Below are positions 9,389 to 18,626 of a DNA stretch of 64,000 bases, one piece after another (position 1 is the first letter of the stretch; every line of letters begins with the position of its first letter). The DNA is from an uncultured delta proteobacterium (lineage in GTDB: Bacteria; Myxococcota_A; Polyangia; Haliangiales; Haliangiaceae). The stretch lies in the NCBI GenBank assembly GCA_963772655.1, contig CAVYYE010000003.1, positions 2,673,341-2,737,340 on the forward strand. Direction: 5' to 3'. Under the pieces are notes generated by a model. That model did not search any database. It worked only from the letters and a program-made list of their open reading frames with translations, and was not told the origin of the DNA. The position numbers and the translations under genes were made by a program.

Positions 9389-10732
9389 ATGGAGCACGCA
9401 GAGGGGCACGTGTCATCGGCCATCCCGGGCCGCTCGGAAGGTCGCTCGCTGGATGTTCGCGGCGTGCTGGTGTCGACGTTCCGCCGGCTGATGCGGTTGT
9501 ACTTCCGCGACATCGAGCGCGTCGGCGAGCCTCCCGGTGCCGACACCCGCGGCCGCGTCGTGGTGTCAAATCACACCAACGCGTTGATCGATCCGATCCT
9601 CGTGCTCACCGATGTCACCTGCGAGATCTCGCCGGTCGCCAAGTCGACGCTGTGGAACATCCCCGGTCTCCGGTGGCTGCTCGACCGCGCGGGTGCCGTT
9701 CCGATCGTGCGGCGAAAGGACACCCCGAACAAGGACGTGTCCTCGAACGCGACGATGTTCGAGAAGATCGCCACGCACCTGTCGGGTGGCGGAAACATCC
9801 TGATCTTTCCCGAGGGCACGAGTCACAGCGAGCCCCGTCTCGCTCCGCTACGAACCGGCGCCGCGCGGATGTTGCTCGCCGCCGAGAAGGCCGGTGGCAC
9901 GCCGCCCACGTTTCAGGCCGCGGCGCTCGAGTTCGATGCGCGCGAGGACTTCCGATCGCGATGCCTCGTGCTGTGGGGGCCGGTGCGGAGGTTCGCCGAC
10001 GTGCCCGGAGACGACGACGAGATCCGCATCCGCAACGCGACCGAGATCATGAACGCCGATCTCCGCGAGCTCCTCGTCGAGGGCGACACGCACGAGGAGC
10101 GCCTGCGGATCGCGCGCGTCGCCGAGCTGATCGCCAACGACGAGGGCGATCGTTCCCTCGGAACGTGGAACGGCATCGGCCGCCAGGTCGAGCTCGCGAA
10201 CCGCACGCTGCGCGATACCGCTCCGGACCTCCTCCGCCGGGTCGCCGACCAGGTCGACGCGTACTACGCCGAGCTCGAGCGACTCGGGCTCGACGACGTG
10301 CGGATCGTGGCGGGTCGGATCGGCTCGCGTCCCCCGCAGCCGGAGGCCCCGCGTGGATGGCGCCGGGCACTCCTCGCACCGCTCGCGGCGTCCGGCGTCG
10401 CGCTGTACGCGATCCCGTACTTCATCCCGCGCATGATCGCGCGCTCGCAGGATCCCGATGCCGTGAGCACGTTCAAGCTCGGTTCGGCCCTGCTCGTGTA
10501 TCCGCTGTGGGCGGCGGGACTGGTCACCGGGTCGCTCGTGCTGCTCCCCCCGCCGCTCTCGGTGGTGGCGGCCGCGGTCGCGATCGCGTCGCCGTTCGCC
10601 GCCTTGAGCTGGCTCGATCGCTGGTACGAACACTCGTCCGAGCCCACGCCCGACGAGCTCGCACAGCTCGCGCGGATGCGGATCGCCGCACGCACCGCGA
10701 TCGACGAGGCGCGTAGCCGGCTACCCAGCTGA
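9389..10732 (+). CDS. PlsC/GPAT-family acyltransferase (glycerol-3-phosphate / lysophospholipid acyltransferase-like) with C-terminal TM segments
   Basis: The catalytic block reads VVVSNHTNALIDP (H-x-D). Motif III is ILIFPEGTSH. There are two C-terminal hydrophobic helices. The start is at the ATG MEHAEGH. Confidence 0.8.
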   Translation: MEHAEGHVSSAIPGRSEGRSLDVRGVLVSTFRRLMRLYFRDIERVGEPPGADTRGRVVVSNHTNALIDPILVLTDVTCEISPVAKSTLWNIPGLRWLLDRAGAVPIVRRKDTPNKDVSSNATMFEKIATHLSGGGNILIFPEGTSHSEPRLAPLRTGAARMLLAAEKAGGTPPTFQAAALEFDAREDFRSRCLVLWGPVRRFADVPGDDDEIRIRNATEIMNADLRELLVEGDTHEERLRIARVAELIANDEGDRSLGTWNGIGRQVELANRTLRDTAPDLLRRVADQVDAYYAELERLGLDDVRIVAGRIGSRPPQPEAPRGWRRALLAPLAASGVALYAIPYFIPRMIARSQDPDAVSTFKLGSALLVYPLWAAGLVTGSLVLLPPPLSVVAAAVAIASPFAALSWLDRWYEHSSEPTPDELAQLARMRIAARTAIDEARSRLPS

Positions 10733-12002
10733 GCGGCGCGGGTGGAACACCACCCACAAGAGGAGCGAGATCGCTCCACTCGCGAGCTCGACCCACGACG
10801 ACGTCGCGCTGAGGTTGAACGTCCGGTACATCCACTCCTGCGACGACGGGTTGAACCCCGCGATCGACACCGCCACCATGCCGATACCGCTCGCCACCAC
10901 GAACAGGTGCTCGAGCTCGAACCGCGCGAACGCGAATCCGAGCAGTCCGACGCTGAGGTTGAGCGCGAGCGCATGTGCCTGGTTGGTGTGAACGAACCCG
11001 AGGTCCTCGGTGAACAGTCCGATCAGACCGAGCAACACCAGCCCGGCGCAGACCAGCCACGACCATCCGGCGAGGATCGCACCGCGATAGTGCGCGCTGC
11101 GACGCGCCGGCACCGGCTCCGGTAGCGATGGCGGCTTGGCGGTCTCGGGGCTCGGTGGCCGCTCGAGGAGCGCTCGCACCGCCGCGGTGACCTCGTCGGG
11201 CCTGTGTTCGGCGATGAAGTGCATGCCGTGCGAGATCGTGGTGCGCGTGGCATCCGGGATGGTCGCCACCAACTCGTCGGCGATGTCGTTCGGGCACCAC
11301 GGATCGGCGTCGCCCCAGATCACCGCGGTGGGTATGTCGAGCGTGGCGAGTGCGGCGAGTTGCTCGCGTCGCGGGCGTAACGAATAGCCGGCGAAGAACC
11401 GTGCGAACCACCGCCGGTTTCGAACGCTCGCCCATCCACCCGACGTAGCCATCGACCTGCTCCGCGTCGAAACATCCCGCCTGCTGGTACGGCTCGAGCC
11501 CGAGGCGATGGATGTTCTCGAGCGGCAACCACGCCAGCAGCCACGGCGCGACCCGCGCGGTCGCCGACACCAGCCACGTCATCCAGAACCCGGCACGGGT
11601 GAACGTCTCGTGCGCGCGGCTGTTGAGGATGCCGAACCGCGCGACCCGTTCGGGGTGCGCGAGCACGAAGCCGAGCGCGATGTAGCCTCCGTAATCGTGC
11701 GCGATCAGGTTGCAGCGCTTCACGCCGAGCGCGTCGAGTAGCCGGCCGAGCCGCTCGACCTCGCCCTCGTAGCGCGACACCGCCCCCACCACGCGCTGCG
11801 ATTCGCCCCAGCCGAACCAATCGATCGCGATCACGCGATGGGTCTTCGCGAGCTCCGGGATCTGGTGGCGCCACATCACGTGGCTCTCCGGATATCCGTG
11901 CACCAGCACCACCACCTCGCCCTCTCCGGCCTCGACGTAGGCGACGCTCGCGCCATCGACCTCGACGCGCTGTAGCGAGAGTGCTGACACCGCGGAGACC
12001 AT
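10721..12002 (-). pseudogene. alpha/beta-hydrolase (haloalkane-dehalogenase/epoxide-hydrolase-like fold) fused to C-terminal 4-TM domain; reading frame broken by an apparent +1 frameshift near 11400-11455
   Basis: The N-terminal frame carries HGYPESHVMWRHQ and the nucleophile AHDYGG. The C-terminal catalytic His region TLDIPTAVIWGDADPW...ISHGMHF and the TM tail lie in a frame shifted by +1. Both halves are clearly coding. This is either a sequencing error or a genuine pseudogene. Confidence 0.6.
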
Positions 12003-12016
12003 ACCAGCTGGCGCGA

Positions 12017-13297
12017 TCAGCCGCCGTGCTCGTCCGCGCCGATGTCGTATCCGTCATCGAGCGGACGCGGATCGCCATCGAAATCGACGTCGATCGTGGA
12101 CGACGGATCTGCCGCATCGATGGCCGCCGACGATCCCTTGAGGTGATACCCGTTGTTGGTGAACCCCGGATCGGTGTTGCCGAGGTTGCTCGTCCCGGCC
12201 GGCGACGTGCTCCCGAACAGCGAGAACGACGCCTGGCAGGAACTGGCGACCGCGGCGTCGAAGATCGAATTCGCCACCGGGACCGCGGTCGGACACTGCA
12301 TCGTCGGCGTCCCACCGTTGTCGGCCACGGTGTTGAATTCGAACCGCGTCGTCGCACCGATCATCGCGGGTGCGATCACCGCACGGGTCGCGTTGTTGGT
12401 GATGTACGTATTCGTGATCGTGTAGTCGATCGGCGTCGTCGCCGCCGTCATCTGGATTCCGATCCCGTTACCGTCGATCGTGGATCGATCGATCACCAGC
12501 GTGGCGCCGTCGGCCACCGAGACGCCGATGCCCGATCCCAGCTTGTTGTCGACGATCGCGGAGCGACGCAACGTCACCGTGGCCGCCCGGATGTCGAGGC
12601 CACCGGCGGAGTTGGCGATCCGCACACCGTCGAACACCACGTTTCCACTGGTGACGCGGACGGCCTCGTTGCCGCTGGTGTCGGCGAGCGATAGCGACTC
12701 GACGAGCAGATCGGTACCGGACGTCTCGAGCAGGTGATCGTGCGCGCCGGTCCCGAACCCGGCCGTCGCGAACGCGACGGTGGCGTCGCCATCGTTCCCG
12801 GGTCCGGAGATCGAGAATCGACCGAGATCGACGAGCACCCACGACTCGCTGTAGTTGCCGGCGGCGACCCGGATCGTGTGACGGGAGGAGTCGAGCTTGC
12901 CGAGCGCTCCGGACACCGTGAGGCATGGCGTGTCGATCGTGGTGCAATCGTTGTTGTCGTCGCCGTCCGGCGCCGCGTACAGCACTTCGTCCGCGGGCAC
13001 GCAGGTGCCATCCGACTCGGCGCACACCTGGCTGTCGCATTCGGAATCGGCCGCACACGCGCGACACTCGCCTGTCGCATCGTCGCAGACCGGTTGCGAC
13101 GGGTCGCACTCGGACGCGACGCACCCCTGCAAGACGTCCGAGGGATCCACGCATGCCGGCGGATCGCGGCGCTGATCGCACACCAGGTCATCGGGACACG
13201 ACAGGTCATTCGCGCACGGCGCGGTACCGGCGGCCTGCGGGTCGAAGCAGCCCACCATCGCGAACCCTACAGCCGCGACTGCGATCCGATAGTCCAC
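12017..13297 (-). CDS. secreted right-handed parallel beta-helix repeat protein (pectate-lyase-fold), Cys-rich N-terminal region, probable lipoprotein
   Basis: Multiple PbH1-like repeats are present (IDRSTIDGNGIGIQM, RVTSGNVVFDGVRIANSAGGLDI). The GTG start gives MDYRIAVAAVGFAMVGC. The gene lies 14 bp upstream of the alpha/beta-hydrolase on the same strand. Confidence 0.65.
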   Translation of the reverse strand: MDYRIAVAAVGFAMVGCFDPQAAGTAPCANDLSCPDDLVCDQRRDPPACVDPSDVLQGCVASECDPSQPVCDDATGECRACAADSECDSQVCAESDGTCVPADEVLYAAPDGDDNNDCTTIDTPCLTVSGALGKLDSSRHTIRVAAGNYSESWVLVDLGRFSISGPGNDGDATVAFATAGFGTGAHDHLLETSGTDLLVESLSLADTSGNEAVRVTSGNVVFDGVRIANSAGGLDIRAATVTLRRSAIVDNKLGSGIGVSVADGATLVIDRSTIDGNGIGIQMTAATTPIDYTITNTYITNNATRAVIAPAMIGATTRFEFNTVADNGGTPTMQCPTAVPVANSIFDAAVASSCQASFSLFGSTSPAGTSNLGNTDPGFTNNGYHLKGSSAAIDAADPSSTIDVDFDGDPRPLDDGYDIGADEHGG

Positions 13298-13311
13298 ACA
13301 CCCATCGTAGA

Positions 13312-13794
13312 TCACTTCCCGATCAGGGGGAGATCTACCGCGTCGTCGTTGGCCGGTGCGACACCCGCCCTGGTCAAGATCCGTAACGATCGCAAAGCTC
13401 TCTCTGCCGCCGGCCAGTCCGGATGCACGCACCGGATCGTGATCAACAGACCACCATCGATCGCGAGATCGCCGGGTCCGATCGCGAACACGTAATGATA
13501 CGGAAGCGGACCGGCGTGGACGGCTTCGGCGCGATAGCCGGTGGCACCGGGGAGCTGGACCGCCACCGCCGGCGTGCCCGTCGCCTCGCTGGCCTTCGCC
13601 GCGAGGATGCCATCGCGATCGATGACGAGCGCCGCGGTGAACAGCTCGATCGTGAGCTCGCCGACCACGCGTCCGTCGTCCCGGCGTTCCTCGAAATGAA
13701 CGGGATCGGTATCGTTCGGCTCGTCGTCGAGCTCCAACGTGAAACCGATGGCCGGAACACGTGCCGGTGGCTTATGGATCGGGTGAACACCCAA
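13312..13794 (-). CDS. hypothetical protein
   Basis: The 160-aa ORF has protein-like composition, whereas the opposite strand is Arg-rich. I recognise no domain. Confidence 0.4.
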   Translation of the reverse strand: MGVHPIHKPPARVPAIGFTLELDDEPNDTDPVHFEERRDDGRVVGELTIELFTAALVIDRDGILAAKASEATGTPAVAVQLPGATGYRAEAVHAGPLPYHYVFAIGPGDLAIDGGLLITIRCVHPDWPAAERALRSLRILTRAGVAPANDDAVDLPLIGK

Positions 13795-13858
13795 CCCAGA
13801 GATTTTATTGCGGGAGCGCCGGGATTTGGCTTCGAAGTTCCGGCGTGATCTCGCGGTG

Positions 13859-14266
13859 TCAGCCGTGCGTGCTGCCGAGCCGGCGCGCGAGCTCCTCGTC
13901 CTGGCGATCGTGCGGCAGCATGCAGATCTGCACCAACCAATCGGTCGCGCACACGCCGGTCGCCGATCCCTGCTCCTCGCGCCACCGCACCATCACGGTT
14001 GGCGACGCGCGATCGACCACCCGGATCAAGTTGTTGATGTAGCCCTCGCTGCGCCCGAGGCCGCGCGCGATCCGCGCTCCGCTCCAGCCCTTGTCTCGGA
14101 GCACCTTGCACCACACCGCGAGGTCGCAGGTGCCGCCGAAGCCGAGCTCGACCCTCGGCTCGGTCGACGCCGGTTCTCGAACGTCTTCTCCAACGTCGGG
14201 TTCTTGAAGGTCTGGTTCTCGGAGGTGTTCGGGGATGGGTTCGAGCTCTGACACGGCGATCTCCAC
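13859..14266 (-). CDS. small DNA-binding protein with ParB/KorB-like helix-turn-helix
   Basis: WSGARIARGLGRSEGYINNLIRVV resembles the ParB HTH (…IA..LG.S...V.N.LRLL). The protein is 135 aa. Confidence 0.45.
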   Translation of the reverse strand: MEIAVSELEPIPEHLREPDLQEPDVGEDVREPASTEPRVELGFGGTCDLAVWCKVLRDKGWSGARIARGLGRSEGYINNLIRVVDRASPTVMVRWREEQGSATGVCATDWLVQICMLPHDRQDEELARRLGSTHG

Positions 14267-14296
14267 GTGCCGGTATGACGCCCGACCCGACGGATT

Positions 14297-15016
14297 TCAT
14301 TCCCGTCGCGTGATCGCCTGCTTCGCACTGGCGAACACCACATCGAGCATGTCCTCGGTCAGCCGTCCGGTGAACGTGTTCTGCTGGCTGACGTGGTAGC
14401 TGCCGAATAGCGCCCAATCGCCGATCGTCGCGGTCGCGCCGTGGCCGAACTTGGGCTTCGGTTTGGGGATCGCGCGCTCGAGGGCCGCGGCCGCGAGCAA
14501 GAGCCCATCCCACGCGAATCCACCCAGCGCCACGATCGCCCGCAGGTCGGTCAGGAGCGCGAGCTCGCGGGCGAGCAACTTCACGCAGCGATCGCGCTCG
14601 GTCGGAGTCGGTTTGTTGTCGGGCGGAGCGCATCGCACGACACAGGTCACGTAGGCATCGGTCAGCGCGAGTCCGTCGTCGGCGCTCGTCGAGGTCGGTT
14701 GGTTGGCGAACCCGGCGCGATGGAGCGCGGCGTACAGCCAGTCTCCCGATCGATCACCGGTGAACACGCGCCCGGTGCGATTGGCGCCGTGCGCAGCCGG
14801 TGCGAGTCCGAGCACGAGCAATCGCGCGTCGCGATCCCCGAACCCCGGAACTGCACGACCCCAGTAGGTCTGCCCCTGGAACCGCTTCGGTGGATCGGCA
14901 GCGGCGCGCTCGCGACACCGCACCAGACGCCGACACCTGCGACAGCCGATGATGTCGGCGTTCAGCAACTCGAACGTCGGACTGACACGCGTCGCCGGTT
15001 TCGCCTTGCTCGCCAT
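14297..15016 (-). CDS. uracil-DNA glycosylase superfamily protein, family 4/5 type (4Fe-4S), motif A = GLAPAAHG (UdgB-like)
   Basis: Cys ligands are present (CRRCRRL...C). Motif A is LGLAPAAHGANRTGRVFTG. A motif-B His is present near the C-terminus (GSYHVSQQN). The start was chosen at MASKAK, because the upstream Arg-rich extension is unlikely to be coding. Confidence 0.7.
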   Translation of the reverse strand: MASKAKPATRVSPTFELLNADIIGCRRCRRLVRCRERAAADPPKRFQGQTYWGRAVPGFGDRDARLLVLGLAPAAHGANRTGRVFTGDRSGDWLYAALHRAGFANQPTSTSADDGLALTDAYVTCVVRCAPPDNKPTPTERDRCVKLLARELALLTDLRAIVALGGFAWDGLLLAAAALERAIPKPKPKFGHGATATIGDWALFGSYHVSQQNTFTGRLTEDMLDVVFASAKQAITRRE

Positions 15017-15146
15017 GCTTGCCGTCATCGTCGCACGCGATGCCCGCGATACGCGCGACATGCGGCGCGACGCGACACCGGCGCGTGTCATGCGGCTTCA
15101 CCGACGCTGCGTTTCTTTCGCGCGCCCTGCCCTCTATCACGAGATC

Positions 15147-18100
15147 GTGCGTTGGGTTCATCTTGTTCGTCTCCTCGTCGCGTGCGTGCTGTTGACCTCG
15201 ACGGTTCCGGCACGAGCGCAATCACCGACCACCGGCGCGATCGCCGGGCGCGTCACCGATGCCATCTCCAAGGAGCCGCTGATCGCCGTCGCGGTCACCG
15301 TCGTACGCGAGGGTGGCGGCGAGCCGCAGACGGTGCTCACCGACGAGAACGGCGTCTACAAGATCACCGAGCTGCTACCCGGGTTCTATACGGTGACGTT
15401 CGAGGTCGACGCGCTGTCGAAGACCAAGCGCACGCACGTCCAGGTCGACGCCAACGGCGTCGCCTCCGTGTACCAGGCGGTCAAGCACGGCGACATCATC
15501 GAGGTCGTCGGCAAGGCACCGCAAATCCGGCAGAGCACGCTCGAGATCAGTCGCCGCATGGACCACGACTTCCTGACCAAGATGCCGCTGCCGACGCGGA
15601 ACGCCACCGACGCCGCAGGTGCGGCGGCCGGCGCCCATAACGATGGGGTCGGCATCGCGTTCTCGGGTTCGACCGCGCTCGAGAACCGGTTTTTGGTCGA
15701 CGGCATCGACATCACCGGACTCACCCTCGGCGACGTCGGCACGCCGGTCCTCAACGACTTCGTCGAACAGATCGAGGTGCTGTCGGGTGGGTTCAACGCC
15801 GAGTGGGGGCGCGCCACGGGCGGCATCGTCAACATCGTCACCAAGTCGGGCACCAACGAGGTTCACGGCAGCGTGTTCGGCACGCTGTCGCCCGGAGTCC
15901 TGACCGCGAACCGGCAGACGACACCGACCAACGCGGCATCGATCGACCTCGTCGGCGACCGCGCCTACAACGCCGACTTCGGCGCCGAGGTCGGTGGTCC
16001 GCTCATCAAGGACCGGCTGTGGTTCTACGCCGGTCTCGCCCCGCAGCTATCGCGTACCGACCTCACGCGGATCACCAAGCGCCAGACCGACTGCCGGCAA
16101 CTGCTGCCGAGCGGCGAGCTGTCGGGGTGCGATCCACGGCTGGTCAGCCAGGGCGGGTTCGCCGACGGCGCTCCCGACGTCGATCCGTCCACCGGGTTCT
16201 TCATCACCGACGAGATCGATCGCGATGTGCGCCAGGCGACCTCGGAGCAGCTGTCGTCGATCGCCAAGCTCAACCTCGCGGTGACGCCGCGCCACCAGGC
16301 GCAGATCAGCCTGATCGCCGTGCCGGGCCGCTCGCGCACGCCGGGCCTGTTCGGGTTGCCGTCGACCGGCTCGCGCACCAACACGCTATCGCTCGACGGA
16401 GCCGCGCGCTGGACCTCGAAGGTCGACGACGACCGCCTCGAGCTCGAGGGCGTGCTCGCGTGGCACCACTCGTCGCTGCGCACCGGTGCACTCGACCCGA
16501 CGCTCGACGCGCAACCGCGCCAGATCTTGCTGAACGGTAGCCTCGGCACGTGGTCCGGGTTCGGCGGCGAGTCGGCGCGCACGGTGGCCGGCTGCACCGA
16601 TGGCGGTCCCGGCTCGAGCGACCCGTACTTCGGCATCGTCAACTGTCCGATGGACACCGTGTCGTACGCGATCGGAGGCCCCGGCCCGATCGCGGCGGAT
16701 CGAGAGGATCGAATCACCGCACGGTTCGGCGTCACGCGCCGCGGTCATCTCGCGGGCTCGCACGAGATCAAGGCCGGCATCGACATCGAGAACAACTCCA
16801 AGGTCACCGCGCGCCTGTTCTCGGGTGGCGCGCTGATCCAGAACTTCGTCGACGCCGGCGTCGTCGACGTCACGCGCTGGGTCGGACTCGCGCCGCTCGG
16901 CGACAAGGACCCGCGCTACGACCACGTGTGCAAGACGCCCGATCCCGAGGCCACCGGGGGGCTCGGCACCGGCAGCAAGACGTTCGCGTGCGAGTACCTG
17001 CCCGGCACGGTGGGGGCCCCCGGCACCGAGGTCACCGGCCAGACCATCGACTGGTCGACCTACCTGCGCGACTCGTGGCAGCCGTGGCCCAACCTGACCC
17101 TCAACGCCGGCGTGCGCTACGAGGAGCAGCAACTGCGCTACGCCGAGTCGCTCCGCGGCAAGCTCGATCCGTTGACCGGCGAGCGCCACGACACCACCGC
17201 GCTCGACCTCACGAACAACTGGGCACCGCGGCTCGGCGTGGCCTGGGATCCCACCGAGGAAGGTCGCGCGAAGCTATGGCTGTCGTACGGCCGGTTCTTC
17301 GAGGCGATCCCGATGGACATCAACGATCGCTCGTTCGGCGGCGAGGTGTCGTACCAGCAGTCGTTTCAGACCGCGGGTACCGACGTGTGCGGTTCCGTCG
17401 ATCCCCGGATCGGCGCCGCCGATGGCGTCGGGTGTTTGACACCGAACGGCGCGCCCGCGGTCGAGCAGTTGATCGGTTCGTCGGGCGTGCTGGTCGCTCC
17501 GGGGACCAAGTCGCAGTACCTCGACGAGGTCGTCGCCGGCGCCCAGTTCCAGCTCGCCGACGACCTGATGATGGGGATCACCTACCAGCACCGCTGGCTC
17601 GGTCGCGTGATCGAGGACGTGTCGACCGATGGCGCGCAGACCTACGTGATCGCCAACCCGGGCGAGTGGTCGGCCGACGAAGAGGCCCGCCTGGAGCAGC
17701 GGATCGCGGCGGCCGACGATCCGGTGGTGCGCGGGCGGCTCGAGGATCAGCTGGCGATGTTCCAGGGCATTCGCGCCTTCGATCGGCCATCGCGCACGTA
17801 CCGATCGATCGCCCTCGAGCTGTCCAAGCGGCTATCGCACGACCTGTTCGTGCGCGCGTCGTACACGTACTCGCGCACCCGGGGCAATTTTCCCGGCAGC
17901 GTGTCCTACGACAACGGCCAGCGCGATCCCAACATCTCGTCGCAGTACGATCTGATCGAGCTACTCGCCAATCGCTACGGTCCACTTCCGCAGGATCGCC
18001 CGCACTCGCTCAAGGTCGACGCGTTCTACACCGCGCATCCCAGCGATCGCGATCTGCTCACGATCGGTGCGCGCGTACGTGCGGTGTCGGGCATTCCGCG

Positions 18101-18530
18101 CAACGCGCTCGGCGCTCACTATCTGTACGGCCCGAACGAATCGTTCCTGCTACCGCGCGGTGAGCTCGGCCGAACCGAGCTCGAGCGCACGTTCGATCTC
18201 AAGCTGTCGTACGGACGCAAGCTAAACGACAGCAAGATGACTGCCGAGATCTTCCTCGACGTGTTCAACGTATTGAATCATCAGGGCACGTTCGACGTCG
18301 ATTCGACGTACGCGCCGTCGGTCAAGCGTGGAATCGGCGGTGCGGGTGGGACGCTCAACAACGTCAACCCGGTTTCTGGAGGAACGTACGAGGATCTGAT
18401 CTTCGCGAAAGCGATCGACGCAAATGGTGCCGAGACTTCCGCACCGACTGCGCGCAATCCAAACTTTCAGCGCACGATTTCTCGATATGCTCCGGCCTCG
18501 GCACAAGTGGGTTTTCGGTTGACGTTCTAG
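15147..18530 (+). CDS. Oar-like TonB-dependent outer-membrane protein (carboxypeptidase-regulatory-like domain + plug + beta-barrel)
   Basis: The GTG start gives the signal peptide MRWVHLVRLLVACVLLTSTVPARA-QS. The CarboxypepD_reg motif reads GRVTD..EPL..V.VTVV....QTVLTDENGVYKITELLPGFYTVTF. The plug reads FLVDGIDITG...IEVLSGGFNAEWGRATGGIVNIVTK. The protein is about 1127 aa and ends with an aromatic residue. Confidence 0.85.
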   Translation: MRWVHLVRLLVACVLLTSTVPARAQSPTTGAIAGRVTDAISKEPLIAVAVTVVREGGGEPQTVLTDENGVYKITELLPGFYTVTFEVDALSKTKRTHVQVDANGVASVYQAVKHGDIIEVVGKAPQIRQSTLEISRRMDHDFLTKMPLPTRNATDAAGAAAGAHNDGVGIAFSGSTALENRFLVDGIDITGLTLGDVGTPVLNDFVEQIEVLSGGFNAEWGRATGGIVNIVTKSGTNEVHGSVFGTLSPGVLTANRQTTPTNAASIDLVGDRAYNADFGAEVGGPLIKDRLWFYAGLAPQLSRTDLTRITKRQTDCRQLLPSGELSGCDPRLVSQGGFADGAPDVDPSTGFFITDEIDRDVRQATSEQLSSIAKLNLAVTPRHQAQISLIAVPGRSRTPGLFGLPSTGSRTNTLSLDGAARWTSKVDDDRLELEGVLAWHHSSLRTGALDPTLDAQPRQILLNGSLGTWSGFGGESARTVAGCTDGGPGSSDPYFGIVNCPMDTVSYAIGGPGPIAADREDRITARFGVTRRGHLAGSHEIKAGIDIENNSKVTARLFSGGALIQNFVDAGVVDVTRWVGLAPLGDKDPRYDHVCKTPDPEATGGLGTGSKTFACEYLPGTVGAPGTEVTGQTIDWSTYLRDSWQPWPNLTLNAGVRYEEQQLRYAESLRGKLDPLTGERHDTTALDLTNNWAPRLGVAWDPTEEGRAKLWLSYGRFFEAIPMDINDRSFGGEVSYQQSFQTAGTDVCGSVDPRIGAADGVGCLTPNGAPAVEQLIGSSGVLVAPGTKSQYLDEVVAGAQFQLADDLMMGITYQHRWLGRVIEDVSTDGAQTYVIANPGEWSADEEARLEQRIAAADDPVVRGRLEDQLAMFQGIRAFDRPSRTYRSIALELSKRLSHDLFVRASYTYSRTRGNFPGSVSYDNGQRDPNISSQYDLIELLANRYGPLPQDRPHSLKVDAFYTAHPSDRDLLTIGARVRAVSGIPRNALGAHYLYGPNESFLLPRGELGRTELERTFDLKLSYGRKLNDSKMTAEIFLDVFNVLNHQGTFDVDSTYAPSVKRGIGGAGGTLNNVNPVSGGTYEDLIFAKAIDANGAETSAPTARNPNFQRTISRYAPASAQVGFRLTF

Positions 18531-18532
18531 TA

Positions 18533-18580
18533 CTTCGGACCCACGTTGTGTTTCGTTGTCCGACTTCGCTTCCGCGGTCG
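18533..18580 (+). terminator. possible intrinsic terminator hairpin after Oar-like gene (tcggac-17nt-gtccga followed by T-containing tract)
   Basis: There is an inverted repeat immediately 3' of the TAG. The U-tract is weak, as is usual in high-GC genomes. Confidence 0.25.
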
Positions 18581-18626
18581 ACCTCTTGCTGGGTGCCCGC
18601 TCGCGAAGTCTTGCCGGGAGGAATCA

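Noticed and set aside
16386-18163. Several 250-540-aa ORFs inside the Oar-like gene on both strands
   Set aside because: They are internal or antisense to a 1127-aa gene with clear TonB-dependent receptor motifs.
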